From positions 29,574,001 through 29,638,000 of the forward strand of contig OZ024750.1 of NCBI GenBank assembly GCA_964016885.1: 64,000 bases of DNA, written 5' to 3'. Origin of the DNA: Eledone cirrhosa (Eukaryota). This document shows positions 52,625-64,000 of this stretch, piece by piece. The position numbers and the translations under genes are program-made. Position 1 is the first letter of the stretch. Each line of letters opens with the position of its first letter. The notes beneath the pieces are model-generated. The model had not been told where the DNA came from. It saw only the letters and a program-made list of their open reading frames with translations, and ran no database searches.

Positions 52625-54629
52625 TATTTTAGTTTTTAAAATGTTTGTTGCTAATTGTATTTAATTTATCAAACATAAACTGCTTAGCTAAAACGATACC
52701 CTTCCTACCACATTACAGCATAGACTGGGTACATTTTATCGCCTCACTGACACAAGAGAGGTGGTTTTGAGGACTGAAGTGTTTCTTCTATAATATTTCA
52801 GTCATTATTTCAGAGTTACTGTTCTAAACATGTCTTGATGTGATTTATAGATTCTATCTTTCCTCCGTGTGGTAAGATCATGGAACTACACATGAGGGGG
52901 TGTTGGGGATTAGAAACTGTAACACTGGCTATGGAAGGGGTAAAGTGTTTAGCTTTCTAATTATTGGTTTAAACTATTAAACCGATAGTGGCTAAGTATA
53001 ATTCTTTGGATGGGTCAAAAGGAGCAACAGATAGCAACAGAGTAACAAAAAAAATCTTCTATCTTTAAAGTTATGAAAAACCTAACTCAGAAAACATTTG
53101 ATACTATATTAAGTTTACATTTCATACCAGTAATATTCGGTAGTAAACTCAGTTAACCAGTCGAAAGAAATATTAAGACTATTGAAGAAGGGTCCTGATT
53201 CGTGAACATAATTCAATGTATTATTTTCTATCATTTGGGTGGTAGACTTAATCAGTCACCCGGTTTAACACAACCACTTGGGTACCTTTAGCAGAGTCCA
53301 CACAGTTGTAAACATCCAGGCTAGGTGTGTAGTTTGGGGATACTTCCTTCATTCCTTCCACCAGTCTTGGAGGCCCTTAAAAGAGTCAAGGGCAATACCC
53401 TTTCCTCCCTGACTAAACAACAAAGAAAAAAATCAACTTCGGGCATCAAATAAAAACAAAAAAAAAAAGTATAGTATCAAATTTTATTTTCGACATTTTT
53501 TTATTCATTGAATATTTTAATATTTAACGGGAAAATATAGATTTACATTTATTTTCACCCCCCCCCCCCCCCGTCCTCACCAAAACTGAATTTCACATCA
53601 ACAATAGCTAATTCCAACAAATATATATGTTAATAAATATAATATTTCATGATAAAGCATTTGATAAAAGAAGTTATCACACATTACTTCTGAAGAAGCC
53701 ATTCAACTGAAACAGAAATACAAACACCATTTAAGTTTATTATTTATTTATGGCTGAGGGTTTGATCACAGCACATTTGTTTCTAGTTGGTTGGGCAAAT
53801 ATTTTTACCTGTTCAAGCACTCTCTCATATCTACCTGGCTATATGTGGTCAAGCAGAGATGGCCAAGCTTACTACTCAACAACATCAATAACCCACAGAC
53901 ATTTAACTGCGGTAATAGAAAGTGTTTTGTGAAGAAAACTGTAAAGTTCCAACAATTATTTTATTATGCAAATATGGATTATCTCCCTTCCATTGGTCTG
54001 TTACTATTGCCACCTCCCCCTCTACAAATATAAACTCCATATATTTATTACTCTCTCTCTCTCTCCCCATACGCCACTGTCGACATCACCACCTATAAAA
54101 TTAACAACTCCACTATCACATTTCTGGATTTTATTTCTATATTCAATTTTAATCTAGATTGGATGAGTTTAAAAATATGGGTGATGTGACAGCCATATTC
54201 AGCTAGGTTGAACATATGACCAAATAAAGTAGAGTGGTGAAACTTGCCTAAGGGCAGAACAATATGACCAACATAACAAACATCCAGTTATGACTGAAAC
54301 TGAAGTAATAAACCAGGTCATAAGATCATTACTGAGAGCAGAGTTTAAATTTATTGAAATAAATTTAGTTATGTGGTTCAGTAATCCAATTTCAGGGCCA
54401 ATCAGCAACAGATTAGGGTCCATCCAAATTTCTCATGTCATCCCTTTGCTCCTTGACAAAAGCTCATTGATAAGACAAAAGCCTTTATTCATAAGAGAAT
54501 ATATTAAGGATCTGTTAGAGATATTTTAAGGAATTACCCCCCTGTTTATATGTTAAGGGTCCACTCTCTCTTCTGATATTTTTCAGTAGAGAACTATTTA
54601 CCATATAACTGAATATTTGACAACCTATT

Positions 54630-55210
54630 TAACACTGACCACTGTTCACTAAAACATGTCATAACACTGATCACTGTTCACTAAGACATGTCATAACACT
54701 GACCACTAAGGCATATCATAACACTGATCACTGCTCACTTAGATGTCTTATCGACAAACACTGTTTACTAAGGCATGTCATAACACTGATCACTGTTCAC
54801 TAAGACATGTCATAACACTGATCACTGCTCACTTAGATATGTCTTATCGACAAACACTGTTTACTAAGGCATATCATAACACTGATCACTGTTCACTAAG
54901 ATATGTCATAACACTGACCACTAAGGCATGTCATAACACTGATCACTGCTCACTTAGATATGTCTTATCGACAAACACTGATTACTAAGGCATATCATAA
55001 CACTGATCACTGTTCACTTAGATATGCCATAACAACAAACACTGTTCACCAAGACATGTCATAATACTGACCACTGTTCACTAAAACGTCATAACACTGA
55101 CCACTGTTCTCTAAGATGTGTCATAACACTGACCACTGATATATATCATTACACTGTTCACCAAGACACGTCATAACAATGATCAGTTTTCACTACGACA
55201 TGTCACAACA
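54630..55210. repeat. ~32-bp minisatellite with higher-order variants, probably in the 3'UTR of the Orange-domain gene
   Basis: cataacactgatcactgttcactaagacatgt units. Confidence 0.85.
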
Positions 55211-55438
55211 ATGGCACTTGTTCCAATATCATCTGACGTTAACAGCTTACTCAAGTGATCAGTTGTAAGTGATCAATTATAATAGGATATCAATATGTTG
55301 CTGTTCATTGCCCCACAGTATGATGTTCACCTCTGTGCCTAAGTTAACCAGCCATAACAATATTTTGGTGATGTTTACTCCCTCTCTTCAATATCTCACA
55401 GTAATTTATTTAATCTACAATAAACCTCCCCAGACTCC

Positions 55439-56271
55439 TCACTTTGCAAACTCCTCATTCATAACAAGTTCTTCCTCTACATAGGAAGAATCCTCTTCAA
55501 AAAATGGGTTTTCATTTTCCAGAAGAACAATCAACTCTTGAGCAACTGTGGCTATGGAGAGGTTTAGCTGGCTCCATTTGGCATTGTCATCCACTGTGAC
55601 CGAATTAGAATTCTCTAAACGTCTCTTTTTACATAGATTTTCTTTTTCTATGGGACAATTAGCTTCACAGTCTGATGGAGATAACGAAAGTTCTTTTCTC
55701 TTTCTTGTAGTTCTATTATTATGTAGTTGATTATTATTATTATTGCTATTATTGTTGTTGTTGTTATTGCTGTTGTTATTGTTATCGTGGCAACAGTTTC
55801 CGTTTAGAGTGTCTGATTTGTTTGGGTATATCTGTGTGTGTGTAATGGTAGTTGAAGTGACAGGCGTACTGTCAATACCGTTACAAGGTTCAGAGTCTGG
55901 GTGTGTGAGTAATGGTAGTTCGGGGTTAGAACTGGTGTTGGGAGGAGAAGATTTGGGGGTTGTGCTTTTGTTCAGATCTTCACTATCTTCTGACTTGTCT
56001 AAGTTGCCAAACTCGGTGTCAATCAATGACTGAATGTCCATTCGGAGTTGATGTTGTTCCAGATGCTGCTGTAATCCTAGTATAAGTGGGTCATCTTCAG
56101 CAATTTTCTCAACTTCTATCATATACCGCAATGCTTCGTAGCTGCAATCTCGGTAGCCAAGAAGGAAAAGGGATTTCTTGTTTATTTCCTGGTTGTCTTT
56201 CACAGGAATTAATGTAGGGATTTCTGGTAGCATATAACAGGTTTTTGGTGTCACAGGTGATGTAGATTTAG
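55439..56271 (-). CDS. Orange-domain protein, terminal coding exon
   Basis: Acceptor ttgtttttgtttcAG (minus strand), phase 1. LFLLGYRDCSYEALRYMIEVEKIAEDDPLILGLQQHL fits the Hairy/Hey Orange pattern GY/FxxCxxExxRY...DPL...L..HL. Followed by a Ser/Pro region, poly-Asn, RKRK...KKRR NLS-like motifs and an acidic C-terminus. Confidence 0.8.
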
Positions 56272-56936
56272 CTGAAACAAAAACAAAACAATTAGATATC
56301 TATCGTCAATTTTGCAACCGTGTGTGTGTGTGTACGGACACACACACACACATATATGTATACATACATACATACACATATAAGTGCCACTTTAGTGGTT
56401 GGTCTACTTGCACATTTACACTCCAGTATACAGTATCAATGACTATAGAATGAGATCAGAACAAAGAGGAGACAGAGTGGCAAGAATAGTTGTTGAGAAG
56501 GTCACAGGATGTGTGACAAAAGAGCTTTAACAATTAACAATGAAACAACCGTCTAGTTACTAAACTAACCAATGAATAGATTAGTTACTTAACTAATAAT
56601 AAACTGAATTGAAACTCAACTGGCTACATGACTCTACCAAAGTATAACAATATTTGTTTTAACACATTTCATATCAAGAATTTTGCGAAACAAATACAAA
56701 AACGAAGTGTGTGTGTGTGTATTCTCTGAACCACAAGGTAAACTGCAACACTTAACTTTTATTCATTATGCCATTGTCCTCTATGGCAATTAAGTAATGG
56801 AAATTAGGGGTTTAAAATCTAATCAATTTATATTGTCTAAGGCTTAATGTTCTTTCTTAATTAAATGTTCCCATGTGGTGTTTAGACTAATTTTACTGAG
56901 AATCTTGTGAATATTGTTTGGGAATATCTTGTTTAC

Positions 56937-57134
56937 CATTTTGATATTGTGTCTGCAGCTCTTCCCTTGTAATTATGTAACACCTTCCCACTCCCACCAC
57001 TCTTATCTTCACCTTCCCACTCCTCTTATCTTCATCTTCCCACTCCCACCACTCACAATTCTCACTTTTATCTTCACCCTTTCTCCAACTTCCATTCATC
57101 TCTGTCGTTTGACAGTCTCCTACTTCTACAATAT
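56937..57134 (-). CDS. Probable upstream exon of the Orange-domain gene (ATG at 57099, or open from the acceptor at 57134)
   Basis: Open frame MNGSWRKGEDKSENCEWWEWEDEDKRSGKVKIRVVGVGRCYIITREELQTQYQN ends at a GTAAAC donor in phase 1, matching the phase-1 acceptor at 56271. aactAG acceptor ends at 57135. Confidence 0.6.
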
Positions 57135-58239
57135 CTAGTTTGTGTGACAGCAAATAAAAACATATTCCAATTATTATGTGTGTCTACCTTGTATGATGGT
57201 TGTGCTGATGACTGCAAAAAAACACCCACTTCAACCTGTTAGGTGGTTATGCTGGTGCCACGATAAAAAGCACCCAGTCCGCCCTGTTAGATGGTCATTT
57301 TGGTCTCATCATAAAAAGCACCCAGTACACCCTGTTAGATGGTCGTTCTGGTGTCATCATAAAGGGCACCCAGTCCGCCCTGTTAGTCGTTCTGGTGTCA
57401 CCATAAAAAGCACCCAGTACACCCTGTTAGATGGTCGTTTTGGTGCCATGAGGAAACCACCCAGTCTACACCATAATGTGGTTAGTGTTAGAAGGGGTAT
57501 CAAGCAGTAGAAACCAAACCAAAATACAGATCTGTGTTATTTTCATAAGTTAGGTTTCCAATTATGTTTTTTGAGAGATTTTTACTGTCTTTAGATAAAT
57601 ACAGTTATCCAATTATTTCATGTAGAAATATCAGATAGAAATTAATTATACAGGACTAGAACTGTTTCATTTGTTTCAAATCATTAAGAAAGACTTCCAG
57701 ACTTCCATGGTGATTTCAAATAAATGAAACAGTTCTAGTCCTGTAGAAGTCATTTCTATCTGAAATAAATATATATCTCCACTACTAATGTAGTGGAGAT
57801 ATATATTTAACTTTGCTGTCTTCATGATACCCTTTCGGAAAACCATTCTTAATCTCTCCTCCCTCATCTCTCCATCTCACAAAAAAAAATTAATATAGAA
57901 ATGGCTTCTACAGGACTGTTTCCTGTAAAAGCCATTTCTATATTAAATTTTTTTGTATACACTATTAAAATATTGAGTACCTTACTTACTGAGGTTACCC
58001 CCGATTGAACCCGGGATTTTATATATATATATATATATATATATACATACACACACAGACACAGACACACACACACGCACGTAGTTCAAGGTAAACAAAA
58101 CGGATACAATACAAAATCTTATTAGTTTCACGCTTGTTGGAAAGAGAGAGAGAGAGAGAGATGGTAATAACGGTGTAAATGGTTGCGTTGGAAAACATTT
58201 AAAATGCTCACACACAAGACTACATACTTTGTAGGAATT

Positions 58240-58722
58240 GTGTGGGGTGGAGTGAGGTGGTGTGGTATGGTGTGGTGTGGTATAATGTAGTGTGGTTTGG
58301 TGTGGTAAGGTGTGGTGTGGTGTGGTATGGTATGGTGTGGTGTAATGTGGTGTGGTATAATGTAGTGTGGTTTGGTGTGGTATGGTATGGTATGATGTGG
58401 TGTGGTGTGGTATGGTGTGGTGTGGTGTGGTATGGTATGGTGTGGTGTAATGTGGTGTGGTATAATGTAGTGTGGTATGGTATGGTGTGGTGTAATGTGG
58501 TGTGGTATAATGTAGTGTGGTTTGGTGTGGTATGGTATGGTATGATGTGGTGTGGTGTGGTATGGTGTGGTGTGGTGTAATGTGGTGTGGTATAATGTAG
58601 TGTGGTATGGTATGGTGTGGTGTAATGTGGTGTGGTATAATGTAATGTAGTGTGGCGTGGTGTGGTATGGTATAATGTGGTGTAGTGTGGTGTGGTATAA
58701 TGTGGTGGAGTGTGGTGTGGTA
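58240..58722. repeat. Pentanucleotide (TGTGG/TATGG)n
   Basis: Direct inspection. Confidence 0.92.
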
Positions 58723-59062
58723 TATGTAGTCTGATATATGTAATGTAAAGTATGTCGTTAAATGCAAAGCATGGCTTCACTCTGGCATCCAGATGGATGC
58801 CAATCCGAACGGATACGTCAGTGATGAGATGGTATGAAGAGAAGCTAGCCGTCTACTCAATATAACTTGCACATAAAAAATATATTTTTGTACTGGCGCC
58901 CCCTCTCTTTACATCTATCTACCTATAGCTATATCTCTCTAGGAGAGAGAGATACATACATACATACATACATACATACATACTATGTGTGTGTGTGTGT
59001 ATTTTTATGTGTGTGTGTGTATCTCACTACATCTCCTCTCTCTCTCTCTCTATATATATATA

Positions 59063-59105
<43 letters not shown>

Positions 59106-59158
59106 GCCCCTCGCTATCTCTACATCTCCATCCATCTATCTATCTTTAAAGGTCCAGA

Positions 59159-59229
59159 TGACGTCTGTCTAGACTCTAGACAAGAACGAAATGCTAACCG
59201 TTCAGCCATAAATAAAATCAGTGACGTCT
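59159..59229. promoter_or_regulatory. Pair of CRE-like sites
   Basis: TGACGTCT at 59159-59166 and 59222-59229 (7/8 match to TGACGTCA), upstream of the minus-strand gene. Confidence 0.3.
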
Positions 59230-59341
59230 AGTCATGGCACCAAATCGCCAAACATTCAGCAGGCAACAGTTTTGTGTTGCCTGTTTTAAAAACGTAAGAC
59301 CGAGTAATAATTAGGTTGTAAAATGATAGTTATTTGCTGAT

Positions 59342-59380
<39 letters not shown>

Positions 59381-60490
59381 CACATACACAAACGTGCGCA
59401 GTAATCTCACACATACACGCACGGGTTGACACACACACATACATGCAGCACGGGTTCACAGACACACACATACAGTTACATGTACACGCATACACGCACG
59501 GGCTCACACACACACACATAGATGCAGCACGGGTTCACAGACACACACACACAGTTACATGTACACGCATACACGCACAACACACATACATACATACACA
59601 CAGTACGGGTTCACACACACACACACACACACAGACACGCGCATGCACGAGCTCACATGCATGCACCGGCTCACAGACACATACGTCCATGGCACACACA
59701 CACACACACACATACGCACAGGGCACACACACGAGCACGGGCCCAAACACACACACATATATATACACACACACACACACGGGCACAGGCCCACACACAT
59801 ACATGCACAGGCACACACACACACAGCTAGTTGTCAATTTTATCTCAGAAACCTCCTCCCACTTTTCTTTGTTGACATTAAGCTCCAGGTTATTATTAAT
59901 GGAGGTGTGTGGCTGAGGGGTTAGGAAGTGGGATTCACAATTGTAAGGTTGTGAGTTTGATTCCCGAGCTGGGCGATGCATTATGTCCTTCAGTAAGACC
60001 CTTTATTTCACGTTACTCTTTCTGTCAGGACTTGCAACCGGTAGCTAGTATTACCAACAGAAAAACCGAACGGACACATTGTTTCCTCGGTCCGATTTGA
60101 CGAGTTTCACCTCCTCTTGCTAAACGAATGAGGTCTTGAATCTTGTTGATCGATTCTATCGATCGATTATTGGCAGGTATGTGGCAGTAAAGTAGTGTAA
60201 AGATCAATTAGAAATCCTTCAGACCGAAATAAGTGCCAAATAACAGACTTCCGATCTCTCTTTCTTTGTTTCTTTCTCTCGGATACATTTGAAGGTTTAA
60301 TAAGTCAAGTATAGGAGTTGATTTAACCAACTTTGCCCCTTCTCTCCCCAACCCCAAATTTGCTGGCTTTCTGCTTGAATTAGATATCAGTAAGACCAGC
60401 AACTGGTTAGATAAAACCTACGTGTCCTGACCATCAAGAGAATTAGAATTATTTCACTTTGTTTACCTTTAACAACGAGACCTAAATTCT

Positions 60491-60546
<56 letters not shown>

Positions 60547-61137
60547 TCCTTTCGATGTCGATAAAAAAAAAGCACCAGTCTAATACTAGGGTCGATTCTT
60601 CCTCTCTCTGGAAGAAATCTGCTGGAGAGGGATGGGCTCCGCCAGGCTTAAAATGCCCCTGCGACTATCAGGAGTTACGGGGCCACACACACACACCTTA
60701 TATTTGACATTTCAAATTATTTAAAGGTACTGGATTTAGATACAAAACTAAACAAGCTACAGATTTTGGACCTCGCCTTATACAGAAGCGACCTAAAAAT
60801 AATTAAAAGGCACACACACACACATATATTCAAATTTTGAGACCTTCTGGTGTAATTTTTTTAAAACAAGGAGTCACCGAACTTTATATAGCCCAGGGCC
60901 TCACCAAGCCTTAATCCAACACTGGTTATGTAGTGCATTACCAATTTAAATAAATACATGTATATATTTATATACACACAATTGTGTATGTTTTTATAAG
61001 TCTTTTGATACAACTCTCGCCTTCATTCACAGTATGTAGGGCAAGTCAGCCTTAATGAAGCTACCCTACAAACTACACCCACCAATCGTCTTTAAGAAGA
61101 CCCCATTGAAAACTAACCACTACCACCGCTGTCATAC

Positions 61138-61171
<34 letters not shown>

Positions 61172-61747
61172 CATATATAGAAGTGGAAGCTTAGTAAAAT
61201 CGAAGCTTTGGCTGTGGCCAAGCAAAGTCGACCTACAATAAGGAATGAGTAGCAAAGCACTCAATAAGGGTTGGTCCTTAGAGTAATAACATACGTTTAA
61301 ATAGCTTGACAAATTGAAAATTGCGGTAGGCAAAACCCAACCATACAATACCAAAACAACGAAAGAACTAATCAGGTTAAAACATATATATATAAAACAT
61401 ATATATATTTCGTTCTCTCTCCATTTTGCCATATCCTCTCAGTTGCCCCAACAGTCGTGCTACTCTTCCAATCTATTTAAATACCTCACTACCCCCTTCG
61501 TCTTCCATAATCTCACGCAACCTCCAACACTTCAATTGCGCATGCTCATCTGTTATGGCACATGTTCACCTTAATCACTCAATTCCCTGTCATAAACAAC
61601 CACCACGACCACCACCACCACCACGACATCCACGTCTCTGTTGCAATAAGTTACTCGTTTAAAGGTTTAATTTGACAATTTGTTTGTTTTCTAAACACTG
61701 GAGATTTTCTTTCTAGTTTAAATCAACAATAAAAAACATTATTAATT

Positions 61748-62105
61748 GCGGCATAGAGTTACGGCTCTTTACATTCTGAGTTCAAATCCCGCCGAGGTTA
61801 GCTTTGCCTTTCATCGTTTTGGGGGTCGATAAAATAAAGCACTGGTAACGTTCTGGGGGTTGATTTAATCGACTTTCCCCGCCACCAAAATTGTTGGCCT
61901 TGTGCCTAAATCAGAAACCATTAATGATAATAATTGTTTTTACTTTTGGAACAAGGCCAGCAATTTGAAGGGAAGAGGGGAAAGTCGATTAAATCGATCC
62001 CAGTGCCTTAACTGGTACTTTATTTTATCGGCGGGATTTGAACTCAGGACGTAAAGAATCGTAACTATATACCGCAAAGCATGTTATCCGACGCTCCACC
62101 GATTA
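61748..62105. mobile_element. Tail-to-tail inverted pair of SINEs
   Basis: + copy at ~61748-61922 and - copy at ~61933-62105. Confidence 0.75.
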
Positions 62106-64000
62106 CTGTCAATCCACAGCGATTTTATAAATAACGACTGTACTATTTAAAGAAAATATTACATCTTCCACTATATAATAGACTTGTTGTTATTTACGTT
62201 TTTGTAAATATCCTTGGTGTTGTTTAGCTGCTGGTCAATTCAAAGTATTTCAGGGGTATAGAGGACTACCTTATCCAATGTGCCTGCCTTCCTTTTTTAG
62301 GGAGATTTCACATCTATTTTTAACTGGCCGAACGACCATGTAACGAGGTTCCCTTTCTTGTAAATATTTTTAAAATTCTTTTCTACTAACGATAAAATAA
62401 AAGCCGGTCAAATATTGATATCGATCTAATCTACAATCCCTCCCTCCTTCCCAGAATGTTGTGGACTTGTGCCTAATGGTAAAAAAATCATTATTTGTAT
62501 TGTTATTTAGATTATAAGTGGATTCCCATCGTGATCGGTCTAACTTTTTATCTCATTGGGGTCGATAAAATAAGTAGAAAAATCATTCTGGGGCCGTCGT
62601 TGCTTAAAATAAGTACCAGCCATACACTTGGGTTGATTTACTAAACTATGTCTCCCTTACACATCTGTGACCTTGTGCTAATGTAAAACTATTTATTCAT
62701 AAGGCATGTTGACACTGCAACGAAAAAGCTGTCCCTGTTGAAGCTATTTCACTATATTAGTTATTTAAATATGTTTTAGAAAGGCATGAGATCACAACAT
62801 CTCCTTTCACCCACTTTAAAATATGTATGTATATATATCCACACACACATACACATACATAAACACACACATACACATACATAAACACACACACACACAT
62901 GTATATGACCAAATGATAAACAGACGAAACTCCAGAGTGACAGGACTCACTTTTTAGCCCTAATAATAATGAATATATATATATATTCTACCCAGTTAAA
63001 ATAAATTATTTTCCAGAGGCTCTTTTCTTCCCTTTGAAGGGGACAGGGTTGTTCTTCAACCTTGATTAAACAGGCTTGTGGTCAAAGGTAGTATCCAGCC
63101 GTGACCATCTCGTCTTTTTAGAGTTATCTAAGACAACATCGATTGGGTTCAGGGAACAATCAGCCTGTCATGTTGTTAATTAGTCCCAAATCAACGTTGA
63201 TGGGCAAACTAAAGGTATTTTTAACTATGACCACCCCATCTCGTGTTTTAAGGGTTTCTTTTTAGGACTACTACACAATTAATGTGTCCTTCCTTGAAGG
63301 AGGGTGTGATTGGAACTCAGCCTTATTTCTAGCCATTACAGCAACCACGTAAAGGCACTCACGTTGATTGGGGAGGTTGTTTACTTTTAAAACTGTTGTG
63401 AATCTTAAGATTTGCAAACTCTAGTTCGGCGTCTCACTGTTCCCAGATCAAATATCTTTGTAGCCAATTGTTCCGGCTTTTGATAAAATAATAACTGTTA
63501 ATAAAATAAGTAACAGTGGTACACTAAGCTCAATAAATTTTCTATGATCTCCGGTACAAACAGACTTGATAAACTAATGAAAAGAAATACTCAGTCCTTG
63601 ACTTACCTATAAACTAAATAAGCTATAGCCTTAGGGTCACACACCCTCGAGGGTCTAGTTTTTATTCTTTAAACACTAAATTATCAAAAATGATACATAC
63701 ACACCACACACAAACACACACACAACACACACACACTCACATTAATATAAAAAAAATAATAATCATGTATATTTATATTTAAAAAAATTACACGAATGTT
63801 TTTAGAGAAGGGCCTCTAATGTCATATAGCTTAGGGTCTCAGCAGGTGAAAGGCCGGCCCTGGAAATACACCTTTGAAGCATTAAAACTTCGATATGTTG
63901 ATAGGTATTTTAAAGTAACAACTAGAACTCGATTTTTAATACGTACGGGAAAGCTATAAACACCGCAACACCTTATCTCATTATCACACGTAAACAAAAT

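Noticed and set aside
57982-58780. His/Thr/Pro-rich ORFs as upstream exons of the Orange gene
   Set aside because: Pentanucleotide repeat translation with no credible splice support.
63595-63625. Minus-strand AG|GTAAGT donor as a first exon of the Orange gene
   Set aside because: Isolated consensus match with no supporting ORF or promoter evidence.

Overview
AT-rich, microsatellite-dense eukaryotic genomic DNA. The repeat landscape (tRNA-derived CORE- and Meta-like SINEs, RTE LINEs with (GAT)n tails, kb-scale (TA)n arrays) suggests an octopod cephalopod; this is inference. Two convergent genes can be built by hand. (1) A complete 7-coding-exon FAAH2-like amidase on + (12994-41162, 530 aa), with all junctions GT-AG and phase-compatible and the Lys-Ser-Ser triad intact. 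(2) A minus-strand gene (exons 57134/57099-56937 and 56271-55439, ~331 aa) with an Orange (Hairy/Hey-type) domain but no recognisable bHLH and no WRPW tail. FAAH2 intron 2 holds a ~7 kb (TA/TATC)n array containing three same-orientation LINE inserts, one a 5'-truncated RTE with 2.8 kb of uninterrupted ORF. The remainder is SINEs, piggyBac-like, pogo-like and hAT MITEs, a mariner fossil, many minisatellites with palindromic units, and several long foldbacks, some with hammerhead-ribozyme-like cores. No CRISPR array, rRNA or bona fide tRNA was found. Most ORFs in the supplied track are microsatellite translation artefacts. All calls were made by eye and no database searches were run.
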